This document shows, piece by piece, positions 8,651-18,901 of a stretch of 59,917 nucleotides of DNA; positions within the stretch are counted from its first letter, which is position 1, and each line of letters begins with the position of its first letter. The position numbers and the translations under genes are program-made. Source of the stretch: a virus (lineage: Duplodnaviria; Caudoviricetes); the IMG/VR virus record IMGVR_UViG_3300000176_000011, positions 1 through 59,917 of that record, one strand, 5' to 3'. Under the pieces are notes generated by a model. It searched no databases, was not told the origin of the DNA, and worked only from the letters and a program-made list of their open reading frames with translations.

Positions 8651-9539
8651 GGCGTTTTCTTATTATACGAGGGCTGTTATTATATACTGTTTTGAAAAAT
8701 TTACTGCCATTTGGATCTACATCTGCTATTTCTAGTTTACATTTTGTTCTAAGTTCTTGTCCTAAGAAATTGTTATAAGACATACTTTCATCTGCACTGA
8801 CACCTTGATGTTTCTCTTTCCAGTAGTCAGTTAAGTAATCAAAATCTCGAACATTAGCATAATCCCAATCTGTACAATTGGTCAAATAAGCTCCTTCCCT
8901 AGCTCCAATAACACTCCATATACCATTATCTACATCTGTGCCAATAGTTGACCATATTAAAAGTCTATGATAATTTTGCCACCATATTGTAGATAAATCA
9001 GCAACCTTGGCTCCTTGGTCTAGCGACATTTTTACACCTTCTCGAAAACCTGCTCGCCACGCCTGGAATGGTGTTGCATTGGTAAAACTTTCTGAATAGT
9101 TTTCGTTGAATTGATAGTATTTGTCGTCAAAACAAAATTCAACTAGTCCTTTAGTATCAGTTGGATCTGAGTTTTCATGTGTGCGCATTTCATTTACAAA
9201 TTTACGTGTCCACAGTTTTAATCCGCCATTGCCATACATAAGTCCATTTACGTGTACACGCCCGCACCAACTAAATACGTGCTCAGGTGTAAGGCCTAAT
9301 TTATCAAGGTCAATTTCAACTTCTAAAAATTTAGAATCAATAATGTTGTCAGCGTCTACAGTAACAAAATATTCTGTTTCACTTAAGGCAGCGCAAGCCT
9401 TGTGTGCCGCATCGCTGCCTTTTACTCCGTGAACACGTTTAGCCCAAGGCACTTTAGTTACTAAATCTGCATAATTTTTTTCAGCGTTTGGTTCATCATA
9501 GCTAAGAAAAATAATATCTTGTTCTATAATTTTAATCAT
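8643..9539 (-). CDS. glycosyltransferase-like protein (GT-A, DxD)
   Basis: IIFLSYDE...RVHGVKG..AH...VTVDADN; YGNGGLKL; WRAGFRE. Confidence 0.7.
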   Translation of the reverse strand: MIKIIEQDIIFLSYDEPNAEKNYADLVTKVPWAKRVHGVKGSDAAHKACAALSETEYFVTVDADNIIDSKFLEVEIDLDKLGLTPEHVFSWCGRVHVNGLMYGNGGLKLWTRKFVNEMRTHENSDPTDTKGLVEFCFDDKYYQFNENYSESFTNATPFQAWRAGFREGVKMSLDQGAKVADLSTIWWQNYHRLLIWSTIGTDVDNGIWSVIGAREGAYLTNCTDWDYANVRDFDYLTDYWKEKHQGVSADESMSYNNFLGQELRTKCKLEIADVDPNGSKFFKTVYNNSPRIIRKRHV

Positions 9540-10137
9540 TTATTTTTAATCCGTAAGCATTAAACATTTTTTTAGTAACAACAGAAATATTGTTAATTTT
9601 ATTTTCTATATTGCTTTCAAAATCATATACTATTTTTCCACTCTTTAATAAATCATGTATCCTTAAATAAAATGATCTAATTAAAAAGTCAAAATCTGTT
9701 TCTAACGTTATAAAAACAACAATGGTACTGTCGTATTGCGGACCTGATAGAAATTGTCTACCTCGATCTGTAATCAAAAAAGTCCATGTTTTATCTGTAC
9801 TATTCCATTCAACTACAAACTCTGATAATTCCGTAACTTTGTCTTTTACCCAAACAAATGATTTCGACTTAAGATTATACTCGTCAAATATCTGTTGTGT
9901 CATTAGATGGTGTTCAACTGTACCATCAAAATTTATAATACGATTTATTTTATAGTCATGAATATTTTTCTTAGCTTGCCCAATTAATAGGTAATCTTCC
10001 ACTGGCATTTCAACAAAATATTTTTCTTGAGGTTCTACATCATTTGAAACACAAGTTATTTGCAAAGTGTTAGGATTGAAATAGGCAAAATATTTTACAG
10101 GCTTTACAACTATCGGAGTTTTAATCTTTTTTGCCAT
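9532..10137 (-). CDS. hypothetical protein (201 aa)
   Basis: Overlapping ORF within the operon. Confidence 0.7.
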   Translation of the reverse strand: MAKKIKTPIVVKPVKYFAYFNPNTLQITCVSNDVEPQEKYFVEMPVEDYLLIGQAKKNIHDYKINRIINFDGTVEHHLMTQQIFDEYNLKSKSFVWVKDKVTELSEFVVEWNSTDKTWTFLITDRGRQFLSGPQYDSTIVVFITLETDFDFLIRSFYLRIHDLLKSGKIVYDFESNIENKINNISVVTKKMFNAYGLKIND

Positions 10138-10957
10138 ACACTAACTCCTGTAATCTTGATATTGTATTCAAATCAATAAAATCTTTTTCCACATAATGAA
10201 ATAATTTACTTTGTTTTATATTCCCTACAATCAAGTCGCCTTTAGAATTAAGAACATAAGTAATTACATCTTGCCAGCGATCGATAGGATCTTGCCATTC
10301 TTGTAGTGCTGGTTTCATATGTATAAATTCTAACGGACTATTTTGATCATTAACACTAATATAGTTCATAGAAATTTCAATAGCTATTGCTGTAGCAAGA
10401 TCCATACTAGACCAATTTTGATATTCATTTGGTGCAAAGTTAGTCCAACACCATTCCCAGTTGTTACATACAAATTCTAATACACGATAAAACTCTAATG
10501 CAGAATCAGATTTTTTAAAATAGTGTAGTGCAAAATAAGGACTAGTTAATTGATTGGCAATAAATGCTTTTCTATGAACAGTATCAACTACTGTGTCTAA
10601 TTTGTAATTTTTAATTCTATTACAAAATTTAATATCAAAATTGCTACAATAATTCCACCATGTTGTGATATCTTCTAGTAGTAACATATCAGCATCTAAC
10701 ACAATAGTTTCTTCATATGGACTTGCATGATACATTTTCCATCTATGTTCTGCAGAATATTTTCCACCTGGAGAATCATACCACGGTATAGGAATTATGC
10801 GGTCAAAAACCGACTTATATTCTTCTGGAACACTATCTGCTGTAACTAGGCTTACAGATTTAGTTTCTTCTTGACTATATTTTATACTTAATGCAAGTGC
10901 ATAGGCTTGTTGTACGTATACTTGCCCTTCTGCATAAATTAAAAATCCTTTATACAC
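10121..10957 (-). CDS. glycosyltransferase-like protein (GT8-like)
   Basis: SPYEETIVLDADML; GGAGG RBS favours GTG at 10957 (track start 10969). Confidence 0.7.
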   Translation of the reverse strand: MYKGFLIYAEGQVYVQQAYALALSIKYSQEETKSVSLVTADSVPEEYKSVFDRIIPIPWYDSPGGKYSAEHRWKMYHASPYEETIVLDADMLLLEDITTWWNYCSNFDIKFCNRIKNYKLDTVVDTVHRKAFIANQLTSPYFALHYFKKSDSALEFYRVLEFVCNNWEWCWTNFAPNEYQNWSSMDLATAIAIEISMNYISVNDQNSPLEFIHMKPALQEWQDPIDRWQDVITYVLNSKGDLIVGNIKQSKLFHYVEKDFIDLNTISRLQELVYGKKD

Positions 10958-11801
10958 CCGAACCTCCATCTATATAACGACTAAGGCTCATCTTATTCAT
11001 AACATGAACATCTAATCCAGTTGTTTTTAACAGAGTATATTCTCCTAAGAAATTTTTCTTTTGTATTAAAAATTTCATTGTGTTATCTTCTACATTTACT
11101 AAAATATCTCTATCAGTTGAATATATCATTTTACCAGGCAAGTCTATTGCAAATCCTCCATTTGTTTTTCCATTCATAATATGTATGGCAATACTAAATG
11201 CAAAATCATTTCTAAAAATTGCACTGTTAATTCCGTACAATGTTTTAAAATATAACCATTCTGATTTGATATAAGATACTAGATCAAAAAACGATTGGGT
11301 GATAGAATTTTTATTAAAAATGAAAACAGTTGCCCAATAAAAAGGAACACTCCACTGGCTTATTCTTTCAAATTCAGTTGTTGATCTATAGTCAGCTAGA
11401 TCCATACTATTGCGATAAATTTGAAAATCATAATCATTATCAAGCGCAGGTTTTAATACGCTCGAATTAATAATAAAATCACTATCAATAACTAGTGTGC
11501 GATCATATGGTGTGAGATCGATTATTTGACCTCTTGAAAAGTTTTTCCACTCTAAAGATTTGCTAGCCAGAGATCCGTCATAAAACAGTTTTTTTTGACT
11601 TGCATCTACATTTTCTGACAAATTTATTATGTGATCAAAACCATGATCTGGGTACTGTCTTTCTAACCAATCCGGACTATCTGTTATAATAGATACAGGA
11701 ATATCAATATAAGTTTGTATACGTTTAGCGGCATATACGGCAAGTTTAACATAATCTACTCCACCGTTATTCTGCGCAAATAAGACTGCTCCAGTGGTCA
11801 T
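10950..11801 (-). CDS. glycosyltransferase-like protein (GT8-like)
   Basis: TPYDRTLVIDSDF; RNDFAFSIA; HVMNK; paralog of the adjacent gene. Confidence 0.7.
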   Translation of the reverse strand: MTTGAVLFAQNNGGVDYVKLAVYAAKRIQTYIDIPVSIITDSPDWLERQYPDHGFDHIINLSENVDASQKKLFYDGSLASKSLEWKNFSRGQIIDLTPYDRTLVIDSDFIINSSVLKPALDNDYDFQIYRNSMDLADYRSTTEFERISQWSVPFYWATVFIFNKNSITQSFFDLVSYIKSEWLYFKTLYGINSAIFRNDFAFSIAIHIMNGKTNGGFAIDLPGKMIYSTDRDILVNVEDNTMKFLIQKKNFLGEYTLLKTTGLDVHVMNKMSLSRYIDGGSGV

Positions 11802-12148
11802 AGTTCAACAATATCCGATATTTTTCTTTTTGTTTTTAAATCAGCATATTGAACAGCATAATCGTTTGTAGACTCGTAATAAATTCCAACAATTTTATCA
11901 AAAAATTCTTGAACATTACTAATGACTACAGGGAAATTATTTACATCAACAAATGCTACATCTTCGGTATGACCTAAATCTAATGTAGTCTTTGTAAAAT
12001 TAATTAGTTCAGGTGTAATTTTAAAGCTGGCACCATTGGTATAATAAACTAATTTTTGATTATATTCTTCTAAAAGTATGCGTCTTTGATTTGATAAAGT
12101 CGCCATGTAATTAGCAACTGCAAATGCTTTTTCGATTCTCTCATCCAT
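11798..12148 (-). CDS. hypothetical protein (116 aa), first gene of the glycosyltransferase operon
   Basis: GGAG RBS; stop overlaps the next start. Confidence 0.75.
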   Translation of the reverse strand: MDERIEKAFAVANYMATLSNQRRILLEEYNQKLVYYTNGASFKITPELINFTKTTLDLGHTEDVAFVDVNNFPVVISNVQEFFDKIVGIYYESTNDYAVQYADLKTKRKISDIVEL

Positions 12149-12169
12149 AGATAAACTCCGTAGTGTACT

Positions 12170-12199
12170 ATAATAACACTACAGTAATTAGCTTGTCAA
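12170..12199 (-). promoter_or_regulatory. sigma70-type promoter for the glycosyltransferase operon
   Basis: TTGACA (12199-12194), 18 bp, TGn-TATTAT (12175-12170). Confidence 0.6.
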
Positions 12200-12217
12200 G
12201 AGATTATGATTGATAGA

Positions 12218-13180
12218 TTAGACTGGGCCACGTAAGGTTCTAAAACCACTATCAGAAACACTAGGCACATACGAACTAGTAATTTTTAAATCTACTGGGT
12301 ATGTTGGAGGATTAAAACTTGGGCCTCCAGATGCACTGTAAATGGTTACATTACTGGTTAAAGTTCCTGTAATCGTTTCGTCAGTACCCCATGGCGGGTT
12401 CGGTTGTCCAGAACGATCTTGGTACTGAATTGTTAATACTATCTGTGCTCCAGAAATATGAGCGTAGATTTGTATCATATTTGGGCTGTAAGTACTACTA
12501 GTCATCTGAAATATAAGTGTATCAGATGATGATAATTGATTATAGCCAACGTCAGTTCTTAAAACATCAACAGTCTGCCCACTGGTAGAAGTGGTAGTTT
12601 GAGTGGTTCCATCCACACCTAGTTTTACAGTGCCCATGTGAGATAGCATGCTGGCCCAAGAATAATCTTTTGTACCGGCCGTACCAGTTTGACCGCCAGA
12701 CATAGATGCTGTAATTCTAAGTTCTCCGCCTAGATTGAAGAAATATCCTGCATTAGTTGTGCTAGGCCAAGTACAAGATACCCCATGAGATGCGGTTTCG
12801 CTACCAGGATTATAACCCCAACCTGGACTCTTATCCGAGCTTGCTAAAGTTTGAGCACTATAGTAAGTGCTATTAAATTGTTTGTAGTTTGTTGAACAAC
12901 CATTTGCCATGGTCTGATAAGCACTTAGATCAGAATAGTAAACTTTGGTACTAGTGGTAGGCCATGTTAAACTACCAGCAGTTGAATTTTGATGATTATA
13001 ACAAGTTAGAATATCTTGATATAATGCTTGCCACTGAGCGGCTTTAATTTTAGTAGTTGAGGGGCTAGCAATTTGGACACTATTAACAGTTTGTCCATAG
13101 TAGGTACCTAAGACTGTGGCTATGGTTGATTGAACCCCATTATAATCACTTCCATAAATTTTTGAACCTTGAGATGCCAT
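12218..13180 (-). CDS. S/T/G-rich virion structural protein (tail-fibre associated)
   Basis: Composition, position at the end of the fibre cluster, own late promoter. Confidence 0.6.
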   Translation of the reverse strand: MASQGSKIYGSDYNGVQSTIATVLGTYYGQTVNSVQIASPSTTKIKAAQWQALYQDILTCYNHQNSTAGSLTWPTTSTKVYYSDLSAYQTMANGCSTNYKQFNSTYYSAQTLASSDKSPGWGYNPGSETASHGVSCTWPSTTNAGYFFNLGGELRITASMSGGQTGTAGTKDYSWASMLSHMGTVKLGVDGTTQTTTSTSGQTVDVLRTDVGYNQLSSSDTLIFQMTSSTYSPNMIQIYAHISGAQIVLTIQYQDRSGQPNPPWGTDETITGTLTSNVTIYSASGGPSFNPPTYPVDLKITSSYVPSVSDSGFRTLRGPV

Positions 13181-13201
13181 TTTTTACCTTTTATTCGATT
13201 T

Positions 13202-13209
13202 TATTTATA
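13202..13209 (-). promoter_or_regulatory. late promoter TATAAATA
   Basis: Exact T4 late consensus in the intergenic gap; ATAAATA cores also at 15293-15299, 17222-17228, 21758-21764, 40170-40176 and 45984-45990 on this strand. Confidence 0.75.
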
Positions 13210-13210
13210 C

Positions 13211-15271
13211 TTAGAGTATTACGCATTCTACAAGTTTGACATCTGAATTCTCATCTGTTGCCAATGCTATTGCAAATACATCTGAAGTTTTATCTGTTGT
13301 GGCTACTGCGGTGCCGTTATCGCCGGCAACCAAACGTTGTCCTTTTTTAACTGGTCCTGATACTTTTACAGGAACACGACCTTTAAGTGCAACATACACA
13401 CCACCGACTAGAGTTTGATTCATTCTAAATGCAGGATTTTGACTAATTACACCCAATGCCAAATCTCCTGCTGTACTAGCAGTTACTTCAGCTTCGCCGC
13501 CCACGCTCATAACAGTACCAATTTCATATTGGGCATCAGCTAGATATTTTTCAGCTAAGTCTGCGTAGTTTGCACTTGTAGCAACACCATGAAATATTGT
13601 AGCATACATATCACCAACGACTGTTAAATTGCCACCTGGTGCTAGTTGTGCTGAATAAACGCCATTGTTTGTAAATTTAATATAGCCATCACCGCCCCAG
13701 TATAATCCAGTATCTTGTGCGCCATCTGAAAGAAATGCAATACTAGGAACTGTAGCCGATCCGTCACCTGCGAATATTCTTGTTGAACTACTAGCAGAAA
13801 CTGTACCATAAAATGTTTTACTAGAAGCGTCGATCAATGTTGTGTCATCTGTGGCTTTTACATTACCTTTTATTGTAGCAGTAATAGTACCTGCTGTAAA
13901 ATTACCAGAAGAGTCTCTAGCAACTACACTAGTTTTATCTGCACCCGACGGCATAGCTGTTGTAGCAGAATAATAGCTACCACTGTTTATTTGTAGTGCA
14001 TTAGCTTGTGTGCTAGTACCATGCAATATATTACAATAAATGTCATTTTGCTGATCTCTAACTACTACTGTAGTTGGATCAGTTGCTGATGCACTAGCAG
14101 TTATTCCTTGCCCGCCAAATGTTAGTGAGTCGGCTCGGCTTGCTGTACCATTCATATAGGTAACATTAATATTACCACCTGCATCTCTAGCAACAAGGGT
14201 TACGTTAAGTTGATTATTTGCAATACTGGCAGATGCATAGCTACCATTTACATTTAATTGATCAGCTTTTTGTGCAACCCCATACATATAGTTTGTATAA
14301 ATGTTAGACCATTTGTAATCATTGCTACCAAGATTGCTCGTAGTTGTTATTCCTGGCAAAACATCATTGTTTAATAACTGTAAAGGAATACAGTCTCCGC
14401 CAGCAGAATTTTTTGTTTTGAATACTAAAGCTATATTATTCTGTAGTCCTTGAAAAGTGGGAACACTAGAATTTTCATTCCATATTCTTAATTTTTCTCC
14501 GGTGTTTACTGGACCTACATAAAAACCAGAATCTGCAAAATGAACAATTGATCCAAAGGATGCAAGATCTTTTGTCACAAATGTACTAGCGTCTAATCCG
14601 CCAAGTTTATCACTATTACTGGCTGTTCCCCAGAATTTAATACTAGCATCAGTTGTTACACCGAGACGACTTGCATTATCATTTGTGTAGACTAGAGTAA
14701 TACCTTGATAAATGTAATCAAAACCAGTAATAGCACTTAATGTAGTGTCTAATTGAAATGTAGGATTTGAACTAATAGTAAACACTACTTGTCCGTTACT
14801 AACTGCCTGCATTATTGAATACTGATTTCCAGAATATTTTTCTGAAACTGTAACTGTTTGCATTTCAGTAGTATGTGATCCAGCAATGCCTTGTGGACCA
14901 ATCAATGTAAAATCAGAACCGTTGTATGTCCATAACTGATTATTAACGGTATCAAACCAAAAATCACCAGTAGTCAATCCAAGCGGCTTAGATGCACTAA
15001 TTTCTGCACCAGTAGAAACTCTCCAGTTGGAGCTATCCCAAAATTTTAATTTTTTATTAGCACTATCATACCAAATTTGTCCAGGTAATGGATTGCCTGG
15101 GCTGGTTGTATTAGCAAAATTTTCTAACAAATAAACAAAATTTTCGTTTTGTGATTGTCCGTATCCTGCATAACTTTTACCAATCAGTTTAATGTCAAGA
15201 GAGGTGTCAATAGTGCCGTCAGCGACAGTTGTTATTAGTGTTCCGTTGTATCTGCTTATTGGATATGACAT
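13211..15271 (-). CDS. tail fibre protein with C-terminal intramolecular-chaperone-like domain
   Basis: Shared N-terminal module (LIGK.YAGYG..NENF..LLENFA..GQIW); C-terminal YADLAE...GRVPVKV. Confidence 0.75.
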   Translation of the reverse strand: MSYPISRYNGTLITTVADGTIDTSLDIKLIGKSYAGYGQSQNENFVYLLENFANTTSPGNPLPGQIWYDSANKKLKFWDSSNWRVSTGAEISASKPLGLTTGDFWFDTVNNQLWTYNGSDFTLIGPQGIAGSHTTEMQTVTVSEKYSGNQYSIMQAVSNGQVVFTISSNPTFQLDTTLSAITGFDYIYQGITLVYTNDNASRLGVTTDASIKFWGTASNSDKLGGLDASTFVTKDLASFGSIVHFADSGFYVGPVNTGEKLRIWNENSSVPTFQGLQNNIALVFKTKNSAGGDCIPLQLLNNDVLPGITTTSNLGSNDYKWSNIYTNYMYGVAQKADQLNVNGSYASASIANNQLNVTLVARDAGGNINVTYMNGTASRADSLTFGGQGITASASATDPTTVVVRDQQNDIYCNILHGTSTQANALQINSGSYYSATTAMPSGADKTSVVARDSSGNFTAGTITATIKGNVKATDDTTLIDASSKTFYGTVSASSSTRIFAGDGSATVPSIAFLSDGAQDTGLYWGGDGYIKFTNNGVYSAQLAPGGNLTVVGDMYATIFHGVATSANYADLAEKYLADAQYEIGTVMSVGGEAEVTASTAGDLALGVISQNPAFRMNQTLVGGVYVALKGRVPVKVSGPVKKGQRLVAGDNGTAVATTDKTSDVFAIALATDENSDVKLVECVIL

Positions 15272-15312
15272 CTAAATCTTTCCTTATTTTAGTATTTATG
15301 CTAATATAGCAC

Positions 15313-17199
15313 TTACTTTATTGTCACTATTGCTTCAACTGTACCTGTTCCATCGGTATTTTTATCTTTTAAAGCACGGCCAATTGTGTTAAATGCGGTA
15401 ATTTCTGACATTTCGGCGGCTCTAGCCATGCCATTACCAGCACTAACTAGCCTATCACCCTTCTTAACTTTGCCCTTAACTTTAACCGGAACACGGCCAG
15501 ATACTGCTATTGCAGGATGTGTTGCATCAGTTCCAGCTTTTGAATTCATCAAATAAGCCGCACTGGTGCTTACTACACCAAAAACTTGACTGCTCAAATC
15601 TTCTTTTACTGCTGTAATTTCAGCCGAGCCGCCCAATTCAACTACTGTACCTGTATCATATAAATCATCTGCTTCAAAGCGTTCTGCCAAGTCAGCATAA
15701 GTAGCTTCTAATTTAGAACCCACATCTAGTGTCCATGTACCAGTTATCAAAGACCCAGTGTTGGATGATACGATAGAATCTGCATATAATTTTTTAACTT
15801 TGCCATTACCATGATCATCTCTGAGTAATATGGTGTTTATATTGGCATTTATATCTGCTGTAATTGTAGAAGAATTTGAAAGTGTGCCATTAGAAACGCC
15901 ATCAGTAATTCCATACCCTGCCAAAGTATTCGGTGTGTCGGTTATTCCTGAAAACGACACATGAGTCGCTGTAGTAGCGGTATATGCGTTACCATCGATA
16001 CCAATATTATATGTACTTCTATCAGCGTAAACAATATTAGAAGGTTTGCCTGATACATTATCCCAAGTGACTAAATCTGCTTGATCTGCATTAGTAGATC
16101 TATCAGCATGAGTAGCATTGTCGGCTTGATCAGCATGTGTAGAATCATCAGATTTACCTATAAATCTAGGAGCAGTTAAATATCCGTCGACATCTCTAAC
16201 CGCAATAGTATCTTTGCCGCCAGATGTACTTGCCATTCTATAAGCACCTGCAACCGCTAGTGCATCTGCTTGTAAAGCTGTAGCATACATATAGTTTGCG
16301 TATATATTATAAAATTTAGCGGTTGAAGATCCAATATTTGTAGTTAGAGTTGTGCCTGGTAACAGACTATTATCAACTAATTGTAAAGGTGTATTTGTAG
16401 TTACACCTGTTGTTGTTTGAAATGCCAGTGCGCTTCCTACAGGATTTTTTATAGTTGGGGTTCCAGTGTTATTAAATAATCTTAAACTTGTTCCAACTAG
16501 CACCCCAGAATCAGCAACTTGAATTGATGTTGTAAAAGTAGGATTCTGAATAGGAGCAAAAAAATCTGCATTTCTATTATCAGGGCCCAATGTATCTGCA
16601 TTTGTAACAGTTCCATGAATTTTATAATCGGTGTTTAATGTAACACCTTTATAAATTGTTGGAAATCCAGCTATGTTTGGACTAGTAACAAAATCGTTGC
16701 TGTTACTAATAGTAAAAATTGTACTGTTATCAACTATTGCTTCTTGTACAGGTTTGCCTTGAAGATTAACAGATTGCATTTGTGTAGTACCAAATCCTTC
16801 TACCTTTTGAGGGCCAACTACATCGTAGTTGCCCGAAGCATTTAATACATTTAATTGGCCAGTTGTAGTATTATACCACAGGTCTCCTTGTGTTCTATTA
16901 GAAGGAGCAGAACTTGCTATATCATTTACTGCTAGGGTTTTCCACTGTGATCCATCGTATAAATTTATTTTTAATACACCTGTACTAGAATTAAACCATA
17001 ACTGCCCTGAAATAGGATGTAATTTTGAAGGCGTTGTATCGGCAAAATTTTCTAATAGATACAAAAAGTTTTCATTTTGTTTGCCGCCATACCCAGCATA
17101 ATTTTTACCAATTAAAGTTACATCTAAAGTGGTGTCAACTGTACCATCAGCTATTACTGCGTATGGTGCTCCGCTAAATCTTATTATGTTGTATGACAT
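15313..17199 (-). CDS. tail fibre protein with C-terminal intramolecular-chaperone-like domain
   Basis: Same N-terminal module; PNTLAGYGITD fibre motif; YADLAE...GRVPVKV. Confidence 0.75.
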   Translation of the reverse strand: MSYNIIRFSGAPYAVIADGTVDTTLDVTLIGKNYAGYGGKQNENFLYLLENFADTTPSKLHPISGQLWFNSSTGVLKINLYDGSQWKTLAVNDIASSAPSNRTQGDLWYNTTTGQLNVLNASGNYDVVGPQKVEGFGTTQMQSVNLQGKPVQEAIVDNSTIFTISNSNDFVTSPNIAGFPTIYKGVTLNTDYKIHGTVTNADTLGPDNRNADFFAPIQNPTFTTSIQVADSGVLVGTSLRLFNNTGTPTIKNPVGSALAFQTTTGVTTNTPLQLVDNSLLPGTTLTTNIGSSTAKFYNIYANYMYATALQADALAVAGAYRMASTSGGKDTIAVRDVDGYLTAPRFIGKSDDSTHADQADNATHADRSTNADQADLVTWDNVSGKPSNIVYADRSTYNIGIDGNAYTATTATHVSFSGITDTPNTLAGYGITDGVSNGTLSNSSTITADINANINTILLRDDHGNGKVKKLYADSIVSSNTGSLITGTWTLDVGSKLEATYADLAERFEADDLYDTGTVVELGGSAEITAVKEDLSSQVFGVVSTSAAYLMNSKAGTDATHPAIAVSGRVPVKVKGKVKKGDRLVSAGNGMARAAEMSEITAFNTIGRALKDKNTDGTGTVEAIVTIK

Positions 17200-17239
17200 T
17201 TGGCTATTTCTCTGGTTTCAATATTTATCTTGGATTAGT

Positions 17240-18901
17240 TTATAACAAATTAGGCGACTGATATTGCCATGTTGCAGGATTTCCTAGCAATACAAATTTT
17301 CTAATACTAGAATCATCTAGTACAAATACTCTACAGATTGTGTTTATTTGATGCTCACCTGCTGGAAATAAAATACCTAAATAAGTCGAAAGCAACGAAT
17401 TAGGATTTGGATTTGCACCTACTGTTAGTGTTGCTGATAAACTCATACTTTGTACTGTTGTATCAACATAATTCTTATTGGCCGCATCAGTTGACGACTG
17501 GGGAGTCGACACATTGATAATAGTCGAAGAATTAACATCAACAGAACCTGTACCGCCTGGAGCAATTACAATATTACCTGTGTTTCCATTTGGAATATAG
17601 CTAATAGTATTGTTATTGATGGCAATATTTGCAACTTGTAAGTACAATAAAGAACCAATTGTTTGCAAATTAGGTGCAGATAAGATACCTGTTCCTAAAC
17701 TATTGGAAGTAATTACATCTTGTCCGTTAATTTTGTAAGAATGACCGCTTGCTAAATCTATATTTTCTGAACTTGTCCAACTATCGGTACTATTTGCCCA
17801 AGTAAATCTTTTGTTTGTGGCGCCGTACAATAGTATTCCGCCACCGTTGGCAAATGAGTCTGATGCATTACCTGCGGCTATTTCAACATTTTTATCAGTT
17901 ATTTGAAGTACAGACGATTCTACTAGCGTGGTATTTCCAAGTACTGTAAGACTTCCTCGTACTGTAGCATCGCCATTAACATCTAAAGTACTTTGTGGTG
18001 ATTCTGTAAGAATACCCATTCTGTTATTTGATGCGTTGATAAACAGTGAATTCTGAGCTTGCCCTGATCCGTTTTGTAGTTTTATTTCAAAATTCTGTGC
18101 AGGTTTATTAGATTTTATCTGAAAAATATTTGATGTAATATATAATTCAGTATCAGATCCTGCGCCTAATATAAGCGGAGTTGAATTAGCAATAGTAAGT
18201 GTGCCAGTTGACAAACTATTATCATTTGTTGATACAAAATCAAGTGCTGTTTTTAATGTTTCGTCAGCTGGTGATAGCAAGTAGTTTGCCTGTGTTACAG
18301 GAACCGAGAATGTTAATCCTGTTTGTGTACTAGCTGTAAAACCAATTCCAATAGTTGAAGGCAAACCGTATATTGGTGTTTGATATGTAAATGAATCTTT
18401 ACTAAACACTCCTAAAATTGTATCAGCAACGTATAGATACACAACAGTATGACTAGCTAAATTAATATCTAATTCGGTACCAACAATAAATCCTGTTTTA
18501 CCTTGTTCTTTGGTGTATATAGGTCCGGCTAAAGTCGTTGTTACTCCATCGTTAAACCATAATTGTCTATTAATACTATCAATCCACAAGTCGCCAGCAG
18601 TAAAACTACTAGGTGTAGTAGTTGATACTATTGTACCTCCGCTGACTACAAAAGCTGACCCATTGTAAACTTTTAGTCGACCTTCATTGGTGTCAAACCA
18701 TAACTGTCCTTTTAGAGGATGATTAGGTTGGCTTGTGTTGGCAAAATTTTCTAATAGGTGTACAAAATTATCGTTAATAAAAACACCATACCCTGTAGAA
18801 TTTTTTCCTATAAGAGTAAGGTCAGTAGTTACTTGATCAATTTGTCCATCAACTACACTAGTTAATGTTGAACCATCTGTTTTTAATATCGAATAAGTCA
18901 T
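17240..18901 (-). CDS. tail fibre protein
   Basis: Same N-terminal module; DAANKNYVD fibre motif. Confidence 0.75.
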   Translation of the reverse strand: MTYSILKTDGSTLTSVVDGQIDQVTTDLTLIGKNSTGYGVFINDNFVHLLENFANTSQPNHPLKGQLWFDTNEGRLKVYNGSAFVVSGGTIVSTTTPSSFTAGDLWIDSINRQLWFNDGVTTTLAGPIYTKEQGKTGFIVGTELDINLASHTVVYLYVADTILGVFSKDSFTYQTPIYGLPSTIGIGFTASTQTGLTFSVPVTQANYLLSPADETLKTALDFVSTNDNSLSTGTLTIANSTPLILGAGSDTELYITSNIFQIKSNKPAQNFEIKLQNGSGQAQNSLFINASNNRMGILTESPQSTLDVNGDATVRGSLTVLGNTTLVESSVLQITDKNVEIAAGNASDSFANGGGILLYGATNKRFTWANSTDSWTSSENIDLASGHSYKINGQDVITSNSLGTGILSAPNLQTIGSLLYLQVANIAINNNTISYIPNGNTGNIVIAPGGTGSVDVNSSTIINVSTPQSSTDAANKNYVDTTVQSMSLSATLTVGANPNPNSLLSTYLGILFPAGEHQINTICRVFVLDDSSIRKFVLLGNPATWQYQSPNLL

